The notes beneath the pieces are model-generated. The model made no database searches. It saw nothing but the letters and a program-made list of their open reading frames with translations, and was not told the DNA's origin. The position numbers and the translations under genes were made by a program. A DNA stretch of 64,000 nt from Chitinophagales bacterium (GTDB lineage Bacteria > Bacteroidota > Bacteroidia > Chitinophagales > LD1), in contig JBGAHI010000008.1 in NCBI GenBank assembly GCA_044226285.1, positions 145,140-209,139 of the forward strand, written 5' to 3'. Below are positions 28,786 to 38,276 of the stretch, in pieces; the first letter of the stretch is position 1, and each line of letters starts with the position of its first letter.

Positions 28786-29520
28786 TTGAACAAGACCTCC
28801 CTTTTTTACGAACCCTTTCTATCTAACCAAAAAACGGTGGAAGTAGCTGTGCTTATCGACCCTGAAAAGGCGGATACTGCTTATTTGACTAAACTCATTT
28901 CAATTGCCGAAGCACAAAAAGTAGACTGGCTATTTGTAGGAGGAAGCACCGTAACTGTGGAGCAGTTTAATTCCACGATTACGTTCTTAAAAAAGTTCAG
29001 CGCTATTCCGGTGATTATTTTTCCGGGTAGCGAAACGCAACTACACCCTAATGCCGATGCAATACTTTTTTTGAGTTTAATTAGTGGTCGAAACCCGGAA
29101 TATCTAATCAACAAACAAGTGCAATCTGCTCCCTATATTTTTGAGCATAATATTCCCGTTGTTCCTACCGGCTATATTTTAGTTGATGGTGGTCGTGAAG
29201 CAACTACAGCAAAGGTTTCGAATACAACCGCACTAAAAAATGATTCCGAAATCATAGCTACAGCCATGGCCGGAACCCTGTTAGGCATGAAAGCAATTTA
29301 TCTGGAAGCAGGCAGCGGTGCTAACAATGTGGTAAATATTGATTTGATTCGCAACATAAAAGCGCAACTTCCGGTGAAATTAATTGCAGGCGGAGGAATT
29401 CGAAACGCTAAAGATGCAAAACGAATAGCTGAAGCAGGTGCTGATGTTATTGTTATTGGCAATGCATTGGAAGAAGATGTGACTATTTTAAACGAAATTA
29501 TGTTTGAACTTAGGAAATGA
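28786..29520 (+). CDS. Geranylgeranylglyceryl phosphate synthase family protein (GGGPS/PcrB-type prenyl-glycerol-phosphate synthase)
   Basis: 244 aa, apparent TTG start. TIM-barrel family pattern: DWLFVGGS, IIFPGS, LISGRNPEY, YLEAGSGA and GGGIRN...AGADVIVIGNA. Confidence 0.75.
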   Translation: MNKTSLFYEPFLSNQKTVEVAVLIDPEKADTAYLTKLISIAEAQKVDWLFVGGSTVTVEQFNSTITFLKKFSAIPVIIFPGSETQLHPNADAILFLSLISGRNPEYLINKQVQSAPYIFEHNIPVVPTGYILVDGGREATTAKVSNTTALKNDSEIIATAMAGTLLGMKAIYLEAGSGANNVVNIDLIRNIKAQLPVKLIAGGGIRNAKDAKRIAEAGADVIVIGNALEEDVTILNEIMFELRK

Positions 29521-30458
29521 CAAAGGGACTAGTACTTAAATCTACAGGAAGTTGGTACGAAGTACTTACCGAAAAGAACGAACGCATCAACGCGCGTTTG
29601 AAGGGTGTATTGCGTTTGGAAGAAACCAAAGACACGAACCCCATTGCTGTTGGAGATAAAGTACTTTTGCAAAAAGAAGATGACGGTCAAGATTGGATGA
29701 TTGCCTCAGTGGAAGAGCGCGATAACTATATCATTCGCTCCTCACCAAAACACAAAGGCGCACGGCAAGTGATTGCAGCTAATATCGACCAATGCTTGTT
29801 GATTGCTACCATTGATGCCCCTCGTACATCCACCGGTTTTATCGATCGCTTTTTAATGGCTACCGAAGGATTTCGCATTCCGGTGATTATTGTATTCAAC
29901 AAACAAGATCTGTTGGATCAAAAAGGGTTGAAAAAACAAGAGTTTACAGCTAATCTTTATTCCTCTATTGGATACAGAACAGTTTTCACTTCTGCCACTG
30001 AAAAGCAAGGTATTACTGAATTAGAAGCTTTATTGAAAGATAAAACCACGCTTATTTTTGGCCATTCGGGGGTGGGCAAATCTTCCCTCATGAATGCGAT
30101 CGACAGCAACTTGCAATTGAAAACCAATACGCTTTCTCGTTTCTCAAATAGAGGGATGCACACCACCACATTTGCTGAAATGTATTTGCTAAAAAATGGC
30201 GATAAAATTATCGATACACCGGGGGTGCGCGAATTCGGGCATTACAACATTGCTCCTGAAGAAGTAAGTCATTATTTTGTGGAAATGCGTGAACGACTCA
30301 ACGCATGTAAATTCAACAATTGCACGCACAGCTACGAACCGGATTGTGCCGTGAAAGCTGCGTGGATGAATCACGAAATTAGCGATGAACGCTACAAAAG
30401 CTATTTAAATATTTACGAAGAAATTAAGGCGCACTATAAACACTGGGAACAAAAATGA
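29517..30458 (+). CDS. rsgA: Ribosome small-subunit-dependent GTPase A
   Basis: 313 aa. Motifs NKQDL, GHSGVGKSSLMNAI, DTPGVREF and the C-terminal zinc motif CKFNNCTHSYEPDCAV. 4-nt overlap with the upstream gene. Confidence 0.9.
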   Translation: MTKGLVLKSTGSWYEVLTEKNERINARLKGVLRLEETKDTNPIAVGDKVLLQKEDDGQDWMIASVEERDNYIIRSSPKHKGARQVIAANIDQCLLIATIDAPRTSTGFIDRFLMATEGFRIPVIIVFNKQDLLDQKGLKKQEFTANLYSSIGYRTVFTSATEKQGITELEALLKDKTTLIFGHSGVGKSSLMNAIDSNLQLKTNTLSRFSNRGMHTTTFAEMYLLKNGDKIIDTPGVREFGHYNIAPEEVSHYFVEMRERLNACKFNNCTHSYEPDCAVKAAWMNHEISDERYKSYLNIYEEIKAHYKHWEQK

Positions 30459-30907
30459 AAGTAGTCATCCAACGCGTTACAGAAGCCAGTGTTACAATTG
30501 ATGGGCAGGTGAAAGGCAATATCAGTAAAGGATTGCTGTTGCTGATTGGCATCGGACAAGAAGACACCGCATCAGATATTACATGGGCCGTTCGTAAAAT
30601 TGCAGCGATGCGCATTTTTAGTGATGCAGACGATAAAATGAATTTATCAGTGAAAGACATTAACGGTGAAGTATTGGCGATTTCGCAATTCACCTTGTTT
30701 GCCGATACCAAAAAGGGCAACCGACCTTCCTTTATAAGAGCTGCTCCGCCTACAATGGCTAACGAACTGTACGAGCAATTTTTAACGCACATGGAACAAG
30801 AACTCGGCAAACCTATCCAATCCGGCAGTTTCGGAGCCGATATGAAAGTACGATTACTCAATGACGGTCCCGTGACCATTCTTCTTGATTCAAAAAACGA
30901 AAACTAA
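30455..30907 (+). CDS. dtd: D-aminoacyl-tRNA deacylase
   Basis: 150 aa. Motifs MKVVIQRV and SQFTLFADTKKGNRPSF. 4-nt overlap with rsgA. Confidence 0.95.
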   Translation: MKVVIQRVTEASVTIDGQVKGNISKGLLLLIGIGQEDTASDITWAVRKIAAMRIFSDADDKMNLSVKDINGEVLAISQFTLFADTKKGNRPSFIRAAPPTMANELYEQFLTHMEQELGKPIQSGSFGADMKVRLLNDGPVTILLDSKNEN

Positions 30908-30912
30908 TTGAT

Positions 30913-31296
30913 ATGCGCTCCTATCTGATTAAACATGGCATTGTAGCATTTGTAGCTGCATTTTTGCTTACCTTTTCCATTGCAAAGTTTGAAGTCTTCA
31001 GTAGCATTCAATTTCCTTTGTGGGCCAGCTTTGCCTTTCTAAACTTGTTGTTTTTACTTGTTTTCGTCCTACTGAACCGAAGTTTAAAAATGGCATCACA
31101 ACAACATTTCATGACCTTTTTTGGTACTACCTTCGCCATTAAATTCTTTGCGGCATTAGGCTGGATGCTTTATTGGGGATTAATGAAAGGCGTGAAAAGC
31201 AATGCCTTTATCTTATCCTTTTTTGCGCTTTACTTCGCATTTCTTTTCACGATGATGATTGAGATTTGGTTTTCCACAAAGCGAAAAACACTTTAA
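30913..31296 (+). CDS. Hypothetical 4-TM membrane protein
   Basis: 127 aa, hydrophobic. Starts 5 nt after dtd. Confidence 0.5.
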   Translation: MRSYLIKHGIVAFVAAFLLTFSIAKFEVFSSIQFPLWASFAFLNLLFLLVFVLLNRSLKMASQQHFMTFFGTTFAIKFFAALGWMLYWGLMKGVKSNAFILSFFALYFAFLFTMMIEIWFSTKRKTL

Positions 31297-31391
31297 TCGA
31301 GTTTAAATGGTTTTAAGGACTGTATAAAAAAACAATTCACTGGATATTTGTATATACGATTTTTATTATATTTAAGATATAAAACATCGTT

Positions 31392-32441
31392 ATGAAGTTT
31401 AAACTCCCTGAAAAACTGATACTGATTTTGCTCATCAGTATACTTAGTGCATGTAAAAAAGACAAACCACCTGTTACCATTCAATCCAATGTTTGGGAGC
31501 GCAAAGAGATTTTTGGAAGTAGCTACATTTATTTCTTATCCAACGGAAATGTTAGCCAATTCACTAGCTTCTTGTATAACTTCCATGCAAAATCTTATGG
31601 CCATTATTCATCTTCGAACGGACAGGTTGAGTTAACCACCTCTCCTGGTAGTAATGTCACCCTTTACAACATTACTATTAGTGGCGACACGCTTTATTTA
31701 GAAGATGGAGCAAACATTACCTACTATACAAAAGCTACCACTCCACCCGACACTGTAAACTGGGTGAGAAATTTAGCCCTATCAGATAAACATCTATTAG
31801 GCCATTACGGACAGTATGGTTCAGTAGAAACGGACGGAACTGATTTGTTTATTCGGACCTATTCCAGCACCAAACGGCTATATCGCTTTTCCATGACAAC
31901 ACATCAAATTGAAGATTCAGTCACCTTAGTTCAAAGTGGATCAGGCACAGGGTATGCCGGAGGAGGATTATGGATAAACGATTTAAGTGCAAGCCCATAT
32001 CGATTGTTCAAATACAATTATGTTGCAGCATCTGTAGTAAACAACTCGCCCGTGTTAACAAATAACGCAATTGCAATGACCGGTAGTGGGGGCAAAGTTT
32101 GGTTGCTTACTACTAATATGGAATTACAAACATTTGACCCGGTTACCAATACTTTTGAAACCAAAGCAAGTTTCCCTTACCTCCAATATTTTTTAGCAGG
32201 AGGAGGGTTCCTTGATATTGCAATTGATGGGAACACACTCTATTTTTCTACCTTTCAAGGTTTAATGGCTATGGACTTAACAACCAATACGTTTACCTCA
32301 ACATATTTCAGACCCAATACATTTATTACCGGCATAACGAAACTCAATGGTGAATTGTGGGGGACCGTGATTGAAACGCAAAATGGCTCATCAAGTATAA
32401 GTAACGCAACAATTTCAGTTAGTAAAATCACCTTAAACTAA
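31392..32441 (+). CDS. Paralogous lipoprotein 1 of 3 (unknown function)
   Basis: 349 aa. Signal/lipobox ILSAC|KKDKPP. Shares architecture and the C-terminal ...NG.LW....GSS...KITLN motif with the next two genes. Confidence 0.6.
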   Translation: MKFKLPEKLILILLISILSACKKDKPPVTIQSNVWERKEIFGSSYIYFLSNGNVSQFTSFLYNFHAKSYGHYSSSNGQVELTTSPGSNVTLYNITISGDTLYLEDGANITYYTKATTPPDTVNWVRNLALSDKHLLGHYGQYGSVETDGTDLFIRTYSSTKRLYRFSMTTHQIEDSVTLVQSGSGTGYAGGGLWINDLSASPYRLFKYNYVAASVVNNSPVLTNNAIAMTGSGGKVWLLTTNMELQTFDPVTNTFETKASFPYLQYFLAGGGFLDIAIDGNTLYFSTFQGLMAMDLTTNTFTSTYFRPNTFITGITKLNGELWGTVIETQNGSSSISNATISVSKITLN

Positions 32442-32446
32442 TCCCA

Positions 32447-33457
32447 ATGAAATTTCGAAATATATTGCTCAGTTGCTCACTATTGTTGGGCATTGTAACG
32501 ATGAACTCCTGTAAAAAGGACAATCCGACAGGCCCTACTATTCAACAAAATTGGCGTGTCATAAAAAGCGATTACCCGGAATTGAAATACGCTGTTTCCT
32601 TTGATGGAAGTAGCTTTTGGCTGTTAAACGAAAATCAAACTACACTTAGCCACGAAAAGAAAAAAACACTCTACAAGGAAGATGGCGAATTGTTAACCAC
32701 CAATATTGATAACAGTTTGTACCATTTTCGAAAAAAATTTTCCGGTGATACCCTTTTTCTTTTAGCTGATGAAAACAATGTATCGAGTTTAGATAATATA
32801 TGGTTGTTGAAGGATAATAGTGCTCCGAGTGAAAAAGAATGGGTTGTAGAAGTCAGTGGCACAGAACTAATGAACAGCATTGTAAAATCTGCATTATGTT
32901 GGACAGACGGAAAATTAACCATCTTAAATCAGCAAAGTGCTCAACTCCTCAATTTCGCAACCAAAACAATAACATCAAATACTGATTTAGGGGTAGCCTA
33001 TAGATGTATCGAATATAACGGAAGTAAATGGTGGGTTTCAACAGGTGGCGACTTGAAACTTATCAATACAAGCACAGGAATTGCAAGTGTGGTATCCGGT
33101 GCCGCACCAGGCACTATTTATGCGATTGCATATAACGGAACCAATAGTGTGTATTGCTATTCCTACTCCGGCTCAACGCCAAAACTCTTTGAATACAACA
33201 TTTTAACGAACACTTTTGGACCTGAATTTGACGCTCCGGGTGATCAAATTATGGATATGGCGTTCAAAGGAGGTAAGCTCTATGCAATTGCTCAAAACTA
33301 CATCTATCGCATTGATCCAACTTCATGGAAAGTAGAGAAAACCTACACAATGCCGGATTACTTCACAGAAGGCATCGCCACAGATGGAGTTGATTTTTAT
33401 GTAGTGGGATGGAATTACTACGGCAGTTCCAAGTACTTCAAAGTAACATTAAACTAA
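32447..33457 (+). CDS. Paralogous lipoprotein 2 of 3
   Basis: 336 aa. Lipobox TMNSC|KKDNP. Motifs GDTLFL, GKLYAIAQNYIYRIDPTSWKVEKTY and a terminal ...GSSKYFKVTLN. Confidence 0.6.
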   Translation: MKFRNILLSCSLLLGIVTMNSCKKDNPTGPTIQQNWRVIKSDYPELKYAVSFDGSSFWLLNENQTTLSHEKKKTLYKEDGELLTTNIDNSLYHFRKKFSGDTLFLLADENNVSSLDNIWLLKDNSAPSEKEWVVEVSGTELMNSIVKSALCWTDGKLTILNQQSAQLLNFATKTITSNTDLGVAYRCIEYNGSKWWVSTGGDLKLINTSTGIASVVSGAAPGTIYAIAYNGTNSVYCYSYSGSTPKLFEYNILTNTFGPEFDAPGDQIMDMAFKGGKLYAIAQNYIYRIDPTSWKVEKTYTMPDYFTEGIATDGVDFYVVGWNYYGSSKYFKVTLN

Positions 33458-33464
33458 CCCTAAA

Positions 33465-34487
33465 ATGTGCAGCAATATGATTAAACGAATATCATTACTT
33501 TTCGCAACTGCTCTTCTTCTTTTGGGCGGATGCAAGAAAGAAACCAAAACTACAGCACCAGAAATTGATGGACAATGGCAAGTACTCAATTTTGCTGGCG
33601 TTTTTTCGAATGAATACTACCTATTTAATTCAACCAATAAAACCGTTTATAATTTATCCAAAGAATCAGGGTTTGAATTTCGCGATTATCAAAAAGGTGT
33701 TTTTAATATTAAAGGCAACATTTTAGAAATGAGCTTGTATTCAACTGACCTTTATTCCTTTTCTATTACTAATGATACCCTCACATTAACCAATGCCTAT
33801 AGCGGAAGTGTAAAGAGAGCTTTACGCAGCAATATTGCTCCAAAGACTGTCGATGCATGGATAAAACCAGCTACCATAAAAGCTGAAATAAGAGACTCCT
33901 TTTCTTCACAAGCAATCACTATCTATAACGGAAAAATCTATTCGTTAATTTCAATGGAAGCGAAACGGATTAAGATTTTTGATGTGAATAGCTTAATGGA
34001 AACAGGTAGTCTTAATCTAACAAATGAATATACAGCATGTGAATTTGTTGGTCCCTATTTGTTTACCGCTCGAAAAGTAGATGAAAAATTAGAGCGAATT
34101 AGCGAGCTAGACGGTTCTGTTATGGCCACAAGTGGTGCCAGCGGGGCTTTCAACTACATACGCGCAATGACATTTAATGGCTATGATTTAGTTTTCACTT
34201 CCGGTTACAATTTTTTCACTTACGATATCTCGGCAAGTGTTTTCTCCAATAAACCGGGACCCGGAGATATAACCGAGATGGCCTACTATGATGGAAAATT
34301 ATATACTGTAGACCAAGGCTCAAGTGTCATACATCAAATAAATGCGAGTACATTAGTAGAAGAAAAATCGTGGCGTTTAGAACATTATCGTTTAGATGCC
34401 ATTGCCTTTGATGGAAGTAACTGTTGGGTACATGGAACACCTAGCGGAAGTTCGTTTTCCAAATTTCTGAAAATAGAATTACAGTAA
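33465..34487 (+). CDS. Paralogous lipoprotein 3 of 3
   Basis: 340 aa (the start may be ATG 33477). Lipobox LLGGC|KKETK. Motifs NDTLTL, GKLYTVDQGSSVIHQINASTLVEEKSW and a terminal ...GSSFSKFLKIELQ. Confidence 0.6.
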   Translation: MCSNMIKRISLLFATALLLLGGCKKETKTTAPEIDGQWQVLNFAGVFSNEYYLFNSTNKTVYNLSKESGFEFRDYQKGVFNIKGNILEMSLYSTDLYSFSITNDTLTLTNAYSGSVKRALRSNIAPKTVDAWIKPATIKAEIRDSFSSQAITIYNGKIYSLISMEAKRIKIFDVNSLMETGSLNLTNEYTACEFVGPYLFTARKVDEKLERISELDGSVMATSGASGAFNYIRAMTFNGYDLVFTSGYNFFTYDISASVFSNKPGPGDITEMAYYDGKLYTVDQGSSVIHQINASTLVEEKSWRLEHYRLDAIAFDGSNCWVHGTPSGSSFSKFLKIELQ

Positions 34488-34503
34488 AGGAATGCGCATC
34501 TGC

Positions 34504-35892
34504 TTAATGCCCTAAATGATGGTGTTCATCCAAGTGCATTTCTTTGATAGCCGAAACATAATCGAATCGCTCTAACAATCCTGTATCATAAATGCCGGAA
34601 CGGAACTCTTCGTTTTTCATCAGCGCTAAACTGAATGGTATCGTGGTTTTCACACCTTCAATAATAAACTCGCTCAACGCACGCTCCATTTTCACAATAC
34701 ATTCTTCGCGAGTTTTCGCACGGCAAATTACTTTGGCCAACAGCGAATCGTAGTATGGCGGCACAGTATAACCTGCATAGATATGCGTATCTACACGCAC
34801 ACCATATCCTTTAGGCGTATGTAAAGCTGTAATTTTACCCGGACTTGGTGCAAAGTTATTCAACGGGTCTTCTGCATTCACACGACATTCAATCGCATGC
34901 ATTTTATCAGGGAAATATAATTCGCCTGAAATAGGCGTTCCGGAGGCAATTAAAATTTGTTCTTTAATTAAATCGAAGTCCATTACTTCCTCCGTTACAG
35001 GGTGTTCTACCTGAATACGGGTATTCATTTCCATGAAGTAAAAGTTCTTGTATTTATCAACCAAGAACTCAATGGTACCTACCCCTTCGTAACTAATAGC
35101 GGTGACCGCTTTCACCGCAGCATCACCCATACGTTTACGCAAATCGGCATCCACAAAAGCAGATGGAGCTTCCTCCACTAACTTTTGATGTCGTCTCTGC
35201 ACAGAACAATCGCGTTCCGACAAGTGACAACCGGCACCGTATTGATCTCCGGCTACTTGAATTTCGATGTGGTGAGGTTCTTCAATAAACTTTTCGATAT
35301 ACACAGCACTGTTACCAAACGATGCACCGGCTTCAGTTCTAGCAGCATCATAAGCACGCTCCAAACCATCATCATCGCGCACAATACGCATTCCTTTACC
35401 TCCGCCTCCGGCAGTAGCTTTCAAAATGATTGGGTAGCCAATTTGAGCCGCTATTGTTTTGGCATCAGCTACAGAATCAACTAAACCATCAGAACCGGGA
35501 ATACAAGGTACACCTGCTTTTATCATCGTTTCTTTGGCCGTAATCTTATCGCCCATTTTACGAATCTGAGCCGCAGTTGGTCCGATAAACTTAATGCTAT
35601 ACTTCGCACACAACTCAGCAAAATCGGCATTTTCTGCCAAGAAACCATAGCCCGGATGAATAGCATCCGCACCGGTTAATTCGGCTGCAGCCATAATATT
35701 CTGCATGTTCAAATACGAATCTCTTCCTTTGGGAGGGCCTATACATACTGCTTCATCTGCAAAACGCACATGTAAACTATCGCGGTCTGCAGTAGAATAT
35801 ACAGCTACCGTTTTGATGCCCATTTCTTTGCAGGTTCTAATAATCCGCAAAGCAATTTCGCCTCTATTGGCGATTAGAATTTTCTTAAACAT
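34504..35892 (-). CDS. accC: Acetyl-CoA carboxylase biotin carboxylase subunit
   Basis: 462 aa. Motifs [27 protein letters not shown] and [14 protein letters not shown]. Confidence 0.95.
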   Translation of the reverse strand: MFKKILIANRGEIALRIIRTCKEMGIKTVAVYSTADRDSLHVRFADEAVCIGPPKGRDSYLNMQNIMAAAELTGADAIHPGYGFLAENADFAELCAKYSIKFIGPTAAQIRKMGDKITAKETMIKAGVPCIPGSDGLVDSVADAKTIAAQIGYPIILKATAGGGGKGMRIVRDDDGLERAYDAARTEAGASFGNSAVYIEKFIEEPHHIEIQVAGDQYGAGCHLSERDCSVQRRHQKLVEEAPSAFVDADLRKRMGDAAVKAVTAISYEGVGTIEFLVDKYKNFYFMEMNTRIQVEHPVTEEVMDFDLIKEQILIASGTPISGELYFPDKMHAIECRVNAEDPLNNFAPSPGKITALHTPKGYGVRVDTHIYAGYTVPPYYDSLLAKVICRAKTREECIVKMERALSEFIIEGVKTTIPFSLALMKNEEFRSGIYDTGLLERFDYVSAIKEMHLDEHHHLGH

Positions 35893-35909
35893 CCTGTAAA
35901 TTGAATGGA

Positions 35910-36383
35910 TTAGGCTTTCTCAATCAAAAATAACGGTTGGTCGTATTCTACCGGAGATGCATCATCTACCAATATTTTTACGATTTTTCCAGCACCGCCA
36001 TCAAACTCAATTTCGTTGAACAACTTCATCGCTTCCACGATACAAAGTACATCTCCGTTCTTAATAGAGTCGCCTACTTTCACAAAAGGTTCTTTATCGG
36101 CTCCAGGTTTGCGGTAGAATGTACCAATCATTGGCGAACGGAATGTAAACACATTATCGTTAGCAGGTGCTGCAGTTGCTGCAACGGCAACAACCGTTTC
36201 TTCTTTCTTAGCAGTATCGGCAATAGCTTGCGGAGCAACCTGCTGGTATGGCATGTGCACCATAGGTGTTCCATTCGAAACACTTTTGATTGTAATCGAA
36301 AAATCTCCTTCTTTTACTTTCAATTCTGCGATGCCGGACTTAGTCACCAACTTCACCAGTTCTTGTACCTGTTTTAAATCCAT
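35910..36383 (-). CDS. accB: Acetyl-CoA carboxylase biotin carboxyl carrier protein
   Basis: I chose ATG 36383 ([12 protein letters not shown]...). The biotinylation motif is [13 protein letters not shown]. Its stop lies 17 nt upstream of the accC start. Confidence 0.9.
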   Translation of the reverse strand: MDLKQVQELVKLVTKSGIAELKVKEGDFSITIKSVSNGTPMVHMPYQQVAPQAIADTAKKEETVVAVAATAAPANDNVFTFRSPMIGTFYRKPGADKEPFVKVGDSIKNGDVLCIVEAMKLFNEIEFDGGAGKIVKILVDDASPVEYDQPLFLIEKA

Positions 36384-36475
36384 AATAGTGTATTGATTAT
36401 GTAGACGAAAGTAAAAATTTCTGCTATAAAACAAGATATTCCTATTTTGCAGATACATTTCTTAACGACCGATTT

Positions 36476-36841
36476 ATGTTTGATATTGAAACATTAAGAG
36501 AATACTGCCTTTCGCAAAAATGCGCTACTGAAGATTTACCTTTTGGCCCGGATGTGCTGGTATTCAAAGTAATGGGCAAAATGTTTGCATTGGTGCCATT
36601 AGATTCAGAGCGATTGCAAATTAATCTAAAAATGGATGCCGAATTGGTGCCCGAGTATCGTGAAAAGTATAGTGGCGTTATTCCGGGTTATCACATGAAT
36701 AAATCACTGTGGAACACGGTTTTAGTAGAAAACTCCGACCTGAGTGTGAAAGAGATAAAATGGATGATAGACCACTCGTACGCGGAAGTGGTGAAAAAGC
36801 TCACCAAAAAATTACAAGCAGAATTGAATTCAATTGACTAA
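36476..36841 (+). CDS. MmcQ/YjbR-family protein
   Basis: 121 aa. LREYCLSQKCATEDLPFGPDVLVFKVMGKMFALV is typical of the YjbR fold family. Confidence 0.7.
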   Translation: MFDIETLREYCLSQKCATEDLPFGPDVLVFKVMGKMFALVPLDSERLQINLKMDAELVPEYREKYSGVIPGYHMNKSLWNTVLVENSDLSVKEIKWMIDHSYAEVVKKLTKKLQAELNSID

Positions 36842-36850
36842 CTTCGAAGC

Positions 36851-37231
36851 ATGATAGAACTTGTTTTGATTGTACTTTTTGCGTGGAGAATTTACCGCAT
36901 GGCGCTGGAAAAAGGGCTTTCTGCTTGGCGTTGGGTAACTAATTTCCTTTCGGGTTATTTTGCTTTCGGCATTTTAATTTCGGTGGCATTGGTTATTGTT
37001 TACGGAAAGGATGCTTTTCAAGACATCAATAAAATTCAAGATGTACTTCGCAATTGGACGCCTTTTGTACTCCTTTTTTTAGTGTTGTGGTTTATGTTTT
37101 TACGTTCAAGAATCTTGAAACAAAAAGATGCAGATAACGATTCATATAACGACAACGATCAATATTTTCCTGACTTAGACAAGGACAAAGAGCCGAAACC
37201 AGAAAAGAAAGACCTCTCCTATTTCCGATAA
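36851..37231 (+). CDS. Hypothetical membrane protein with acidic C-terminal tail
   Basis: 126 aa with 3 hydrophobic segments. Confidence 0.45.
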   Translation: MIELVLIVLFAWRIYRMALEKGLSAWRWVTNFLSGYFAFGILISVALVIVYGKDAFQDINKIQDVLRNWTPFVLLFLVLWFMFLRSRILKQKDADNDSYNDNDQYFPDLDKDKEPKPEKKDLSYFR

Positions 37232-37268
37232 AAACGCATATCATGTAGTTGGTGCAGGTATTGCCGGC

Positions 37269-38267
37269 TTGCTCACCGCTTGGTTTTTAGACCAAGAAGG
37301 CTGTGATGTAACTTTACACAACAATCCTGAAATACAAGCCGCATCAGGCATTGCAGCGGGGCTCATTAATCCAATTACAGGAAAGCGATTTGCTAAAACT
37401 TGGATGGCCGATGAAATTTTCCCTTTCGCCATAGCCACTTACGAAAGTATTCAACAAACTATCGGGCAGACGTTTTTTCAACCCATTAATATTATGCGCT
37501 TGGCCGATACAATTAGTCAGGTGAACGACTGGGAAGCCCGTGCACAAAACGATGCCTTCAAACCATACATTGGCGAACATACTATCTCCACTGAAATCAT
37601 TGGAAAACTGTCAGAATCAAAAGGGGCATTCAATATTAAAGGAGGGGCAAAAATCAATACCGCAATTCTTTTAAAAGGCATCAAAGGCTATTTTGAACAG
37701 AAAAAGAAACTCGTCAACGAGGCGTACACTGCAACTTCTTATAAAGAAAACGAGCGCATTATTTATTGCAATGGCACAGCAGTTCATAGTATTGACGGGC
37801 TTTCCAACCTGCCTGTTATTCCGGTAAAGGGCCATTATTTAGTGTGTTCCATTCCCGATTTAAATGCCAAAGAAGTGATTCAAGGCGCAGTGAGTATAAT
37901 CCCGCAAGAAGATGGCTTATACCGCATCGGCTCTACCTATCAATGGGAATTTGCGCATAACGAATCGGAGCAAATGCAAATAGATTTACTCACACAAAAT
38001 TTAAAGAAAACCATTCGTATTCCATTTACTATTGAAGCTGTAATGGTAGGCATCCGCCCCACTTCCGATGACCGAAGGCCTATATTGGGAGGGCATCCTA
38101 CGCTTTCGAATGTATATATTTTAAATGGTTTGGGAACGAAAGGCTATTCACTTGCACCATACTTTGCGAAACAATTAGTCGATTTCATTGTACATGGCAC
38201 TCCTATAGAAAAAGAAGTAAACATCGCTCGTTTTTTAAATGCAAATTATCATATTCGTTCTCTATAA
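37269..38267 (+). CDS. FAD-dependent oxidoreductase (DAO/glycine-oxidase-like); real start probably lies upstream of the tracked TTG
   Basis: 332 aa from TTG 37269. The in-frame upstream codons 37242-37268 encode HVVGAGIAG, the Rossmann GxGxxG, with no ATG/GTG/TTG before it (see findings). Confidence 0.7.
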   Translation: MLTAWFLDQEGCDVTLHNNPEIQAASGIAAGLINPITGKRFAKTWMADEIFPFAIATYESIQQTIGQTFFQPINIMRLADTISQVNDWEARAQNDAFKPYIGEHTISTEIIGKLSESKGAFNIKGGAKINTAILLKGIKGYFEQKKKLVNEAYTATSYKENERIIYCNGTAVHSIDGLSNLPVIPVKGHYLVCSIPDLNAKEVIQGAVSIIPQEDGLYRIGSTYQWEFAHNESEQMQIDLLTQNLKKTIRIPFTIEAVMVGIRPTSDDRRPILGGHPTLSNVYILNGLGTKGYSLAPYFAKQLVDFIVHGTPIEKEVNIARFLNANYHIRSL

Positions 38268-38276
38268 TACATCGCC

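Noticed and set aside
30424-30879. 151-aa minus-strand ORF
   Set aside because: It is antisense to dtd, whose identity is unambiguous, so it is a shadow ORF.
36384-36458. 25-aa N-terminal extension of accB
   Set aside because: The sequence is Asn/Tyr/Phe-rich and typical of AT-rich promoter DNA. BCCP homology starts at [12 protein letters not shown] (ATG 36383).
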